A stretch of 60,777 nt of DNA, the filler included, from Hausera hauseri (Eukaryota): the NCBI GenBank assembly GCA_046269625.1. It is 11 parts of 11 records of this genome, joined end to end, with 100 filler letters (N's around TTAATTAATTAA, not from the genome) between each part and the next. Parts side by side here need not be neighbours in the genome. Positions count along the whole stretch, not along the records: positions 45,777 to 53,620 come from JBJURY010901202.1; positions 53,721 to 60,777 come from JBJURY010040777.1; 9 more parts are not named here. The stretch is one strand, 5' to 3'. This document shows positions 48,701-60,777 of the stretch, piece by piece. The notes under the pieces are model-generated. The model did not search any database. It was not told the origin of the DNA and saw nothing but the letters and a program-made list of their open reading frames with translations. Made by a program: the position numbers and the translations under genes. How positions within the stretch are numbered: position 1 is the first letter of the stretch; each line of letters opens with the position of its first letter.

Positions 48701-49280
48701 GTTAATCTCAGGGCTTTTGCTCTGCCTATGTCTTCCTCATTTCGTGCGATTATTGAACGATATTTACATAGTAATTCGTAGAACTTGCAATACGCCTCAG
48801 GAGAGAATTTGGTTTCAACGTGAGGTGGAAATTCAGCGAACTTATATGGCTTTTCCTCTATTATTACTGCCGATACTCTGCAAATGTGACCTAAAGTAGT
48901 GTTAGCATGCAGTCTTACGGAAATTCGTACATTGTTTATCAATCTGATAGGTATTCGTCCCGTCACTACTCTACATAAAATATTACTAAACATGAGGTTT
49001 GGATCGATATTTTCTTGAGGTTCAAAATATACCGACAGATCTTCGTCTTGACGAATCTGTGCAAAAATTATCATTTCGGTCCTGGGAGGAATGTCTTCAT
49101 CTTCTGGAATCCATACTTCGCCCGATTTTCTTTCCTTTATTACTTTTGTCCCTTTTATTGGTTCGAGCTTAATTAATTTCCCATTATGCACATCGATTGC
49201 CATGCCTGGTATCTGTTTCAATATGTCACAACCTAGTACTACATCGTCCGTTAACTGATCCATTATCGCAAATTCGTTGG
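45777..49280 (-). pseudogene. pol: Gypsy pol (C-terminal half of PR, dUTPase-like spacer, RT, RNase H, integrase) running into a signal-peptide-led env-like start
   Basis: VVLGCDIL; RFCIDYR, VMPFG, AILDDIMI; TYASKEGIG, TDHKAV; MDIVGPLP, TDRGRNF, TTAYHP; GPY; HYNLRPR then IIVALSLIAVLTPTSNAQW. Confidence 0.9.
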
Positions 49281-49289
49281 TGTGGAATG

Positions 49290-50103
49290 TTCTACATCTT
49301 CCTTTGATTTAGTATTTGTGTGTAATTTATTTGTATAACGTTTTCCGGCTGTCTTATTAAACTTTAACTTTTTGATTTTGATGAAATTACAATCTCTCTA
49401 AGAAGGTGGGCTCCATACCACAACTGAACTTCGAAACGTGCAAGCACCATCATGAATGTGACACTTGATTTTCATTGAATAGTTTGGTAACACTATGAAA
49501 CATCGCTTTTAGGGATCTTAACGCGGTTTCGTAAAAATCTACGACTACTATTCCTCCTTCTTTTCTTTTCCCGGTGTCGTATTCTGCTCCAACACTATAA
49601 CCGGTGTGCATGTTCAATTTTCCAACTGCCACTTTGTAGGCTCTGATTATCTTTCCTTATTGAGCTTCCAACTCCATACCATCCCAAACCATTTTTCCGG
49701 TTATGCGGGCTCCTAAACAATGTCGTCTGTCCACGTTCATTGGAATTAATGGGATAATTGGTTTGATTGTTGACGAATGCCCGTGCATATTACCACAATG
49801 GAAAATGCTGCGAGATCTCTGTATCATGCATTCAGTCGCATCCATCGCAATTAATTCACGTTGCTGATATAATATATACATTTTTTCTGTTGTCTCGAGC
49901 TTATGAGGTCTCGCATCTTCGCATGTTTCTAAGTCCATCAGGGAGTATTTCTGACCCACCTTAAATTTGTCGCAATCATATATAGTGACTGCTCCTACCT
50001 GCTTTACTAGCATCATTATCGTCAGCAAGTTAATCAACCAATTGGATTCGTTTCCTTTGTTCGGAGAGATATTTCGTATCATGTCCTCTAACTTATTAGT
50101 CAC
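49290..50103 (-). pseudogene. env: Chuvirus-like (class III) envelope glycoprotein, N-terminal part
   Basis: Signal WLINLLTIMMLVKQVGA then IYDC..YSLMDLETC...YQQ...ECMIQRSRSIFHCGNMHGHSS...HC....TG, the Cys/HCGxH pattern of Chuviridae G and related retroelement envs. Confidence 0.7.
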
Positions 50104-50249
50104 TTTTGTATTATCCTCTTTTTCAAATAATTTAATCCATCTTATTTCTTTAGGTACCCTTCTTGCAGCTTTTCTGGCTAACCCAATTGCCTCCTATCAA
50201 TCACGGTTTCGTCAGGGAGGGTACTTTTAGATCATTTAAATCGTGAGGT

Positions 50250-53200
50250 CTACATTGTCCGGGCTATATTATATATCAGTCTTTCCTTTTCGGATAATCT
50301 GTCTCCTTGGAGTCTGGTATAATTCACTATCCTTATTAGATCTTTCATTAGTTCAATCAGTTCTTCGTTATCGGAACTCGGGGTTGGTACTGATAGTTGT
50401 CTCAATTCTCTAATCAGATCCGCGTTATAGTCGATTTCTTTTATTTTTCTTGGTCTTCCGACCGGCCGTTTCGCTTTCATCGGTGGTGCGGTTTCGCTCA
50501 GCGGAACTAAATTCTTATCGTATTGCGGGTTATCCTCATCAGTCTGTAAGTATTCGAAGTACATTGCAGCATCCTGAATCACCATGATTCTTCCAACGCA
50601 ATGCTCTGTATGCGCATTTCTCATGGCTTCGTCTTTGGTTTGCTCACTGGCGATTATTGCTATTATTCGATTTTCCTCGAAGGGTATAATCCCTACGTCT
50701 ATTAAGGATTCTAGCTCATCTAGTATCCTACCTCTGAAATATAGCCGATAACTAATTCCTTTCCTATCATCCTTATCCATTATCCGCCGTTTTATATCCG
50801 CAACAGTGGTATAGGTAGTTCACTCAAATTCCTCGTCATCCATCCGTTCGGATGATGTCTTCACTTTAAGTTCCGTTTCTGGTTTATTTCTTAGCAATTT
50901 AGCGTATTCTTTTATTAGAAGTTTGGGTACAGCGCTGTATGCAGTGTTTTCACTGGATAGCTTAGTCAAAGTTGGAATTAATTTCCTTAACCTAACTTCA
51001 CTTATATTTATTTTCAACACATTGCTCCGTTCCTTTTCGGCTATTGTGGGGTCAAGTAGAATTTGCACGTCGAATTTCGTCTTCTGGGTACCAATAGGTG
51101 ACTCCAAGATTTGTATTGGAGTTCTTTGGCTTTATTCGTTTAGACCTTGGAGATATTCATCCCACTCGGTTTCATCATCTGCGTCAGGTAACTCGTAGGT
51201 TATTAGTACCGTATGTCCGACCTGGACTCGAGTAATTCTCTTATCTGCGGTTGCAATGTTTTCATTATGGATACCCTAAATCCGTATCCATTTCCGCACG
51301 CTTGCTGTATCAGTGTTATTAATCGGCACATTTCTTCTGGTTGTGTCAGGGCTTTCTCCCGATAATTAGTCATTTCTGCGATTCTGTCTCTTTGCCATCT
51401 CTGTATAAATTCCGTTTTATCGTTCATTTCAGATTCCGTAAGGGAATACTTGTTCTTGTAAACTTCTGTTTCTCTCAGTAATTCGTTTAGCTCGCATTGT
51501 CTTTTCTCGGAGCGTAACCGGGTTTCTTTTACCAGACGTATTCGATTTGTTAGTCGTTTGACTACTATTTCGTCAATTTCTGCCATTTCTGTTAATAGTA
51601 GGATTAATTTATGCATTTGATTTAATGCTTCAGCGTCCGGATCTATTGCGTCCATTAACCTGCCTATAAACTTGGCTTCATCATCCGTTAACTGAAGATC
51701 CTTCCGAATTTCCGTTAGTTCGGTTTGGCAATGTAGGTCGAAACCTGGCGTCCATTCTGCTGGATTCTGTAGATATTGTAGTGTTTGCAGCAGAACAATT
51801 CGGTGATCGTTACATACTTCTAATGTTTCTATTTCGTGGGCTGAGATTTCCTTCAACGGTTTCTGCATTAGGTTCTGTATCCCTTCCAAACGGATGTTCA
51901 CTAAACTCCGCTGGAGGTCAGTGTTATTTGATCTTGATTTTTGATCATAAATTCAAGTTCTCGGAATGATTCGAATTTACTTCGCAATTTCGCTTCGTCT
52001 TTTATCGTACAGATATCTATTAACATTTCTTCCAATTGGTGTTTCATTATCGACTCAGCCACGGCGAAATCTCTCAATCTTTCATTTATTATCTCTGCTA
52101 TGGAAGGTAGCAAATCTATCCACTTCTTTAGTTGTTTAGATATTGCCGGTTTAGTGTAGATTATTTCGTCTAATGTCTCAAAAGCTTCTTTTAGTTCGTG
52201 AACCGGTCCTCGTACAAATTCTATGATCTGTTTCATGTAGTTGAATTCTTATTTATATTCATCTAACTCAAGAAGGCAAGTGCGCATTATTCTCTGTGCT
52301 TCTACCTTTTCAGAGTGGACTACACCAATCCTTAATTCGTTGATTTTGGTTCGTATTTTATTTTCTATTTTAATGCGTATTTCCAAATCTAGATATTGTC
52401 GAGGGCTACCCTTTATCAGGCTGCATATTGCTACTAAAGAGGGGATACCAATTGGATCTATACCCAATATTTCTAGGTCAGCGTTAATCAATTCATATAC
52501 TGGCTTGTTATGAAGATGAGAAATTATTGCTTCTTCGATCTCGTATAGCAATCCCTCTAAATTACGTTTTACGCGTTTTAGTTTTGGGTTGTTCTTAAGT
52601 GTGCATAACAGTCCTTGCGCTTGATTGACCTGCTGAAGAAACGGTTCATTTTTATTCCACCATTTTTCGTAAAATCGATCCCACTCTTTATCCACAGTTC
52701 TATTTTATTTTGCCCATTTTCTATCAAGTTCTGCGGCATTTCTTGCAGTTCATACGGTTTCTGAGAATCGGGTTTAAGCTTTATATATAGCTTTTCTATA
52801 AATTGTTGTTCTTTTCCAGAAATATCCAACTGTTTGCCTATTTGCTGGAGTTTTTGCAAGCTCTCTTGGAGCGTTTCTGGGTCATTCAGTGCGTCTGTTA
52901 TTTTAGCTAGTTTCTTTGCATTTTTCCAAGATTTTCTAATTTTCTCGAACTTTACAGATTTTCCTCTTCTGATTCCTCTTCGCTAACTGGTAACGGACAT
53001 ATTTTATTAATTTCATCAATATTCGAAATATTTGTTGTTTTCGAAGCGTCTTGAGTTATTACGGGAGTATTTAACTCTGTTTCATCTCTTAAAGTGATAG
53101 TGAAGCCTTCCTCCTTTTCTACACTCTTTCTAATATGGGATCGTGAACGAGTTCCCGACCTTCTCCTAAGAGAAAGGCTTCTACCTCTATTTTTGGTTAT

Positions 53201-53620
53201 CTTAAGTATTAATGGCCCAATAAATTCACTCTCAGCTTCGTCTGTTGTTTTATCATTATTTTGAGGTGTGTCCTTGGTATCTGCATCCATGTCTACACTC
53301 GAAGACGTCGTCGGCCTTTCTTCTTTCTTCTCTTTCGCTGCTTGATTTAGATTTTTCTTTCTGGCTATGTTAGTACTTTTAGGTGCTATTGCCCTTTCGT
53401 ATTCCGTTTTTGGTTCTCTCAACCTATGGTAAACTTCCATTTGGTGCAGCTTTTCTTCGTATTCCTTCCTAGCCTTAATTACTTGTGGGTTATTAGATTC
53501 GACCATATTTTTCACGTATTTTCGTAAATCCTGCATCTCGATAATCATACTTATATCACCTCGTTTTCCGTAGATTCCTTCCAAATTATATTTTATCGTG
53601 CTAGCTTTACTAATCTCTGA
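50250..53620 (-). pseudogene. Unknown ~1100-aa helical/coiled-coil ORF 'X' with an AT-hook near the C-terminus
   Basis: Seven consecutive ORF pieces; the N-terminal ~500 aa are homologous to 24989-26550, which follows gag; KRPVGRPRK AT-hook at ~50445-50475. Confidence 0.65.
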
Positions 53621-53720
53621 NNNNNNNNNNNNNNNNNNNNNNNNNNNNNNNNNNNNNNNNNNNNTTAATTAATTAANNNNNNNNNNNNNNNNNNNNNNNN
53701 NNNNNNNNNNNNNNNNNNNN
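53621..53720. other. Artificial contig spacer
   Basis: N44-TTAATTAATTAA-N44. Confidence 0.98.
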
Positions 53721-56700
53721 GATTCCTTAGCCAAACAAACCTGGCAGAATATAAATTGTCGGGTAAAAACATTTTATCGTTGTGTAATATACTACAGAAC
53801 AAGTCTTTACTGACTGTGACGAAATGTCTCTGTGCTGCTCAGATTGTTTCATCTGTAGGCGTATCCTCTAGGGCTGTTAGCTCAAACAAAGTACGTACAG
53901 GCGCTACAAATAAGGCTTCGGTAGGTAAGCATCCTGTAGAAATGGATGAAGTTTTCCTCCAGCTAAGCAGGACCAACGAGGAAGAGCTGTTCAACTACTG
54001 TTGGATTCATCGAGAATTTTTAGCCACGTTTTCAGTGTGCTGTGGAATCTCTCAATAAAATCATTTTATTGGGGATGATAAGGCATTGTGTATAGATGGT
54101 TCATCCCCAATCGGTTAACGAGTGATTTGAACAGGTTGTATTCGAATATGGGACCTTGGTCCAAAATGATAAATCTAGGAGATCCAAACCTGCTGATTCA
54201 AGTGCGGATAAAAACTTCAGCTATCGTATCCGTGTTTGTGCTTCGTGGCGGGACGGCTTCTGGCCATCTAGAGGAACGGTCCATCATGGTCAAAATGAAT
54301 TGATGGCCATTGTCTGGAGGAAGAGGACCGACAAAATATATATGAACGGACTCGAAACGCAATGTGCAAGGGAAACGATATAATTGTGACTTCAAATGCT
54401 TGGTGGTTTTAAATTTATGGCAAGCCACGCACTCCTTAACCCACGCTTGCATATCGGAACGCATTGACCGCCAAACTACCTGTCGGTGAAGTAAGTGAAA
54501 AGTGGCCTTAGCACCAGGATGGTGTAGAGAATGCACACTGTTGAAAGCCTGTTTTTGCAAAGCAGGTGCTAAGATTATTTTAGACTCTCCTGGTTTAAAC
54601 GTGTCTAAGGCCATGTCATCAACGATGTTCCACGATTTAAAAGATTTAAGAATGTCTTGAGGTGGCTGGTTTTCCAAAAGTTGATTTTGAGTGAAAATGT
54701 GTTTAAAATTAATTGAGCCAATTGACCTAGACAAAAAATCTGCGACCAAGTTGTTAATGCCATTCATATGCTTAATTTCGAAATTAAACATCGACGAGTA
54801 CGATATCTGTCATCTTTGCCGAGAAGATCGTTGCTTCATCGCCATGATATTTATGAGGGGTATATGATCGGTTTATATTGTAAAACGGCAATCAGTGAGT
54901 AAATGCGAAAAGTGTTTTAAAGCGAGAAATATTGCCAGTAGTTCTCGGTCAAAAGTGGATTATCTGGTTTCAGGATGTGTTCATTGGCGTGAAAAGAACT
55001 CCAGCGTTGATTTTCGCCTTTATGAATCTGGTGCAGTACAGAGCCTACAGTGGTAGTAGAGTCGTCTGTGGTAAGAATAAGCTCAGCGTCTGGCTTAGGA
55101 TGTGATAATATTTCGACTGTTTTAGGCCATCCCGTAACTTATTAAACTTATCTAGCAGTTCCGGCTTCCACAGTATTGGCTGATGCTATTTTCTGCCACT
55201 TAGGTGAGCAAAGGGTGCGGTTAGCTCTGAGCAATATGGGACATACTTGTGGAAGAAATGTACTGTGCCGAGGAAGCTCCTCATTTCCGTGGTTGTTCAC
55301 GGTAATTGAACGTTTTTGAGGACCTCGACTCGGTTAGGCTGAGGAGAATGCACTTCAGAAGAGATAACGTGTCCGAGGAAATTTATGCGTCGTTGGAAGA
55401 AGTGACATTTTGTAAAGTTTATTTGGAGGTTGTGTTGGTGTAAACGGTGAAAGATAAATCGTAGATGTCCCTCATGCTGTTTACTGGATGAAGAAGCAAC
55501 TAGAATGTCATCAGTGTAAGGATGAGCATAAGGAAGAACTGAAAGTATTGCATCTATGTGACGTTGGAAGGTTTGTGTGTCATTCCTTAGACCAAAGGGC
55601 ATATATAAATATTCGTAAAGACCAAAGGGTGTAGTAACCGCGCTTTTTCGATATCTGCGGGTGCCACCGGGATTTGGTGATGAGCCTTGGTCAGGTAAAT
55701 AGTAGCATATATTTCGGTGGCGTTGAAACGATGTAATATGTCTTTTATCAATGGTAACGGGTACTCGTCCATTATGGTCAAAGAGTTTAGTTGCCGATAG
55801 TCACCGCATGGTCGAAACGATCCGTCCTTTTTTTGAACAACATGTAAAGGCGAAGACCATGGCGACTTGAATCAGCGTACTACGCCGGAGCGTTCAAGAT
55901 CTAGGAATTCGGTTTCAACGGCCCGTCTGCATCGCGGAGAAAATGGACGTAGCTTTTTGGCGAATAGGTCTTTGGTGTTGTGTTACGATGTGGTGAAAAG
56001 TTTTGTTTGTTGGTATAAAAGACCTATCTTTTTGAATTACGCGAGTACATGATATATTAATGTACTGTTGCAGACTTTTAGGGAAATTGTGAAAGATCGG
56101 TGAAGGCGAGATAGTTTTATCATTAACAGTTCCTCATTTGGTGGCTTAAGATCGAGAGCTATTTGATGCAGTATGGTCGTGTTTAATATTGTATTTGAGG
56201 AAGTAATTTTATCGAGTGTTTTTACGGTGGCGACAAAATCATAGTTGTCAACGTCCAATTTCGATTCCGTGTGAATATTATATTTTAAAAATTTATGAAA
56301 TAAGTTATGATTATTTGAAAAGATCTGTTTATTCGAAGACTTTTTTAATGTTGGCTTCCGTGTAATCTTTATTTGCGCGACAGCTGAAATGCCATTTGTC
56401 TGGCCAATTTGATTCTTTTGGCCATTTTTTAAACAACGTTGTTTACAGTCCACCAGAAATTTATAATGAAATAGAAAATCAGACCCTAGAATGGCTGTCT
56501 GCACAATTGCAACGATAGATGTCCAATGAAACTTTGATGTAAAGTTTGGCAAAGTGAAAGAGAGTCTAGAGGTGCCGGAAACGTGTAGCGACTGTCCGGA
56601 AGCTGTAAAAGAGATTTTGTTTTAGATGGTACGTTTTGAACTGAAAAGGTGAGCGGTAATAGCGATATCGTTGCACCTGTGTCGATAAGAAAGTTTATGT

Positions 56701-58250
56701 ATTGAGATGGTTGTATTATGGTAGAAGCTTTCAACGTGAATACAGCGAAAGAAATTTTTCGCCTATCAAAATGCAAAGAATGGCCGTCGCCAGTGCTTGC
56801 CGTAAACTCTGGCGGTGGAGTTAGTTTTTTGAAAGAGGGGAACTTGAACGGCTGTTAGAAATGTAGCTAACATGTCCGTCGTTTGAATACAGTGTGTTGC
56901 TGTTAAAAGGACAACCTGAGATGCATTTGTGCGCATTATGCCTAAATTTTGCATGGTATATGCAAACAATGTTGTTAGTATGGTACTTCTGGGTGTAAAA
57001 TTTGCACTCAAGATGGCAGAAACAAAACCCCCTATCAAGTGAATGAATTCTCGTTCAGTTTATTGTTGATATTACTTAGTGTTGTTTGCATGGCCGCATT
57101 TTTGGCTCATAGTTGATTTAACTGCTGTTCGAATGTATTGTTGTTGGTAGTAACGGCTACGGAAATGACTGATTGAGTGTGCACATGCAAGACCTCGTAT
57201 ATTTTGTCTGACAATTCAGCCAATTTATCAAGCGTCGTCGGTTCTTCGACGGCGGTAAGTAATGCCCTACTTTGTATTGGCAGTGCGTTCAAGAAGTAGC
57301 GTGGCAAAAGATCGGCATTGTTTTTTAGTTACGCCAAGTGTTTGAAGTTGAGCGAGCGACGTTCTAAGGACATCTGACGGTTTTTGCGTTCCCATAGCAT
57401 TGTCGTTGAAGAACCAATGAATTATGGAGTACACAGATGGTTCGGTAAGCTTTAAAACGGCATTGTAAAGATGTCTGTATGGATCAGGTTGCTGGAAGAT
57501 GTCTAGCAAGTCATGAATGGACGTTTTTACTGTAGTCGGTAAAAGACAAAGTAGGTTATGAGCTTTGGTTAGCGAATCAGTAATACTGTTAGACTGCAGC
57601 CAAGGTTTGTGAAGGCTAAGCCAGGTTTTGGTGGGCTTCTCATGATCGATAAAATATTCTGTGCACTGAAAAGAAGTGTGTTTGGATGACTGGATGGAAG
57701 GTGTATCAGCGGTGAAAGTAGATGGCGTGGTTACAGTCGTTTATTTTTGGTGAACAGTGAAAGGTGATGGTTTAGAGGTAGTTTTGTCAGTAGTGTCAAT
57801 GGTGAACGAAGAATCCATGCCACGACAGATACGAATGTGTACTTGAATAATGATATTTTGGGTTGAAGGAACGAAAAGGTTGTGAAAATTTATAGTAATT
57901 ACAGGAAGGTTGTTGTACGTAAGGTAAAAGTTAGAAATATTAGCATAGTGTAGTACATAACTGTACAAGGAATGCGCGTCGATAAAATACGTTGTATTGA
58001 GTGTGAGTAATTGGCGATTATTTAGGAAGAATAAAAGGGAAGAATTGGTGTTGGCCCTAGTGATGACGCAACGGACCGGACCGTAGCTCCCACTGACATT
58101 GGACAACCGGTTGGGCAGTCGGTCACGCTGTGATGTACTTTCCTCTCACGGAAAACAACACGAAGAAGAAAACAAGAATGACGCTTTATTACCTTATAGC
58201 AAAGCAGAAACCCTAAGCAGAGCGAAATAAACCGGCAAAAAAGAAACATT
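53721..58250 (-). mobile_element. Second CsRn1-like Gypsy copy: LTR end, decayed PBS, Ubl-gag-pol
   Basis: Colinear with 31380-35680: FLIDTGA, MPFGLRN..YTDDIL, HSLHHPG..CVAC, HIYFVGPLP. The LTR contains AATAAA and ends ACATCA at 58131, followed by CAGCGTGACCGAC (possible decayed tRNA-Trp PBS). Confidence 0.88.
57819..58050 (-). pseudogene. Ubiquitin-like domain in frame with gag
   Basis: LLFFLNNRQLLTL...ISNFYLTYNN...IIIQVHIRICRG|MDS; codons TGT CGT GGC are two substitutions from CGT GGT GGC (RGG). Confidence 0.65.
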
Positions 58251-58302
58251 TTATTTTTTTAAACATACTAAAGAAGGAAAAACGTCAGAAACTAAGAATC
58301 CA

Positions 58303-59144
58303 GTGATAATCAAGGAGTCTATCGAACTTGGACAAGAAGTGCAGCCCCCTAGAATTCTAGTTATAACAGAGTATTACAATAATGGCAGGATTAAAGAAGC
58401 CCTATTTTATATCTCTGTAGAGCAAAGAAGAATCGACAACGAAAATACATACGCGCGAGACGGCCCTGATATAGGGGGACATTTGACTCCAGCATTCCGC
58501 TCAAAAATCGAAACTAAGAGACGGACCGTTCCAATGGATACAAATGTCCGGATACAACTAAAAAGCCACCACAAAAATGGGCGTACCAAATTTATACAAC
58601 AATGAGCTGGGGAGAATGGATAATTCTCGTTGAATCTGATGACGCTAAAAGAAGTTCCGTTGACCCGTGGCAAAAGGAATTATACGGCTATCTTTACAGA
58701 GGTACAAGAGAATTAATATTCGAGAGGATTAAGAACGAGTCAAAAGTAGACCTAGATGCTCCTGAAAACAACGAATGTCCCGTGTGTGAAGCTGACCTCC
58801 GTCAAGGCTATGTAATCCTCGGTAACAACAATTGTATCCACAAATATTGTCGTTATTATTTGGAGACCGGAACACTGAAGAACTGGAAGACAACAAGTGC
58901 AGTATGTCGGGCCAAAACTGAAAGTCTCAAGTATCATGCCAGTGGCAAGAATAGCAGGATAGTTGACCTTCTGCCCAGCACCAGCTGCCAACTAAATTTG
59001 AAGCCCCAGAATAATAGAGTAAATCGTGAAGCAAGTTTACGAAGCCGGTTGAACCAGTTACAGCAACATGATAACCGTGGCTGCTCTTCTGACGCAATCG
59101 GCCCATCCGAGGTTGCCATTCAGAGAAGAAGAATATTGTTGTGA
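58303..59144 (+). pseudogene. Intronless ORF pair with a degenerate C3HC4 RING finger
   Basis: CPVC-x13-CIHKYCRYY-x12-SAVC (two ligands lost). Confidence 0.6.
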
Positions 59145-59583
59145 GGATATAACCGAGAATTGAAATTCTAAATTTAAATTAGAAACATTTTTAAATTTTA
59201 AATATTCAACCACGAATTTAATTTAAAAATGTAATATTAAAAGTATAATTTAATTTTGGAATTCCGGAAAATTTGTTTCCAAATGAGTATTTTGAGATAC
59301 AATAAAATTTTTAACAATTGGTGTTACTTTTTAATGAGTAATTACAAACGATCAAATTCCGCTTTAGAGGACATACCACAGGCGGAGATTTCACAAATAT
59401 ATCGAAGCTAGGTGATGATGTGCACGGCGTGGATGCACCCGCGGCCAACAATTGTAAAAAGGCATTCTAGATAGTGCAAGAGTGTAAGACATATACAAAT
59501 ATATAAATCGCAAATTTTAAAATTATATCTAAAGAAATATGACCAAATTATTTAATCAAATAAAAATTTGCAGATTTGACATA

Positions 59584-60480
59584 AGTAGGGAAAAAATGGG
59601 AAGTGTGCCTCACGCCCCGGAAAGTGGGCGCGTCGATAAATCGATAATGCACATGTGCTAATCGATAGTACATACTGAGCACTATCGATCGGTAGCGTTC
59701 TAGGCAACGGTGCCGCTAGGCACCGTTGCTAAGAACATTTTTGCACATTTTACAAGTCGATCGCTGCACAGTTCAGTATTGATCGAATCGATGATAACAA
59801 AGTGCTAATCGATAGTGCACATCAGTTAACATCGATTAGTGCATACTGCAGGTGTGCTGCACATGGGCAAGTGTGCAAAAATTAATAATATCGGATTTTC
59901 GATAATCCCAATGTTGGTGATTTGCATCCAGCATCGGGTGCAATCGAAAGCACACTTGATGCACTGTGTGTATGTGCAGTTAGAATTTAAGTATATTAAT
60001 TGGTTTTTGAATAATTGCCAACTGAGGCAGATTTCCCATAGGCCTTTCTGCTATAAATTGAAAATCAATAATATCAGTATGGCACATATACTAGGGGGTG
60101 CAGTACTTGATGTACTATCGTTCAGTGAAATACACGAGTTAGGTGTGCTCCTGGATACGCTTGTCAAGGCACTTTTCACATTTGTCACTGTGCAGCGTAG
60201 GACTGATGGAATCGATCGGGCTCAAGTACAGGTAGATAGAGCACATTGATATGCACCTTGATATATACTGTGTCGTGCAAAAACACATGTTCAAGTGTGC
60301 AAAAATCAATAATATCGGATTTCCGATATTTTTCATATTGATGATTAGGACATATGACCGGATGGGATCAGTTGAAAACATGGTGCAGTATATGAATGTG
60401 CAGTTAGAATTTAAATTTATCGAGCCGATTTCGAATAATATCGATCCAAAGTGCAACTGGGACAGACTCCCCATAGGCTT
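59584..60480 (+). repeat. ATCGAT/GTGCAC-rich interspersed repeat with an internal ~200-nt duplication
   Basis: 59584-60030 matches 24447-24888; ~60250-60460 is a diverged copy of ~59830-60030. Confidence 0.8.
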
Positions 60481-60777
60481 TTTAGGCCCTAAGGGATCAA
60501 AATTTGATATTATAATTAGCGGGGACAGACACGAAATCGAGTATGGCGATCTCGAATCTCGAGTCAGATATTCGAAATTCCAAAATTTTTTGGCACAAAT
60601 ATCGAATATCGAACTATTCGAAAAATCTAACAACGGCAATCGATTTCACATATATGAAAACCCCCTCATACATAAAAATTATTCCATGAAAATGTACTAC
60701 ATAGATACAAAATCAATATTTCGAATTAAGCAAAATCTGCATTTAAAGCCCAGTGAAGCGGAAATCAATAAATCTAA

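Noticed and set aside
59839-60639. 136-aa and 166-aa ORFs
   Set aside because: They lie within the palindrome-rich repeat and are not conserved in frame in the 24447-24888 copy

Overview
This window is not contiguous. It is 11 short contigs from an AT-rich eukaryote (probably an invertebrate; species not identifiable) joined by ten artificial 100-nt spacers (N44-TTAATTAATTAA-N44). Almost all of it is decayed mobile DNA with stops and frameshifts. (1) Polinton/Maverick (adintovirus-like) pieces: protein-primed DNA polymerase B in several copies, A32-type packaging ATPase, integrase, minor capsid protein, dUTPase, and next to one polB fragment a miniature TBP-like gene and a C-type lectin. (2) At least three kinds of Ty3/Gypsy LTR retrotransposon. 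(3) A palindrome-rich interspersed repeat and a few host gene fragments. The most unusual architectures are: (a) CsRn1-like Gypsy elements whose Gag is preceded in frame by a ubiquitin-like domain ending LRIRGG|M; (b) Gypsy elements with a Pol-fused env-like protein (signal peptide, furin site, FN3-like domain, TM), with env homologues followed in two diverged copies by a DEDDh/REX4-like exonuclease-fold ORF lacking catalytic residues; (c) a Gag - ~1100-aa coiled-coil ORF - chuvirus-like glycoprotein arrangement with no pol in between, pieced together from two homologous contigs; (d) a ~1200-codon intronless mosaic ORF stitched from LRRC40, Na+/H+ exchanger, SCAP and ubiquitin-like fragments. 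All family assignments come from motif recognition by eye. No searches were run.
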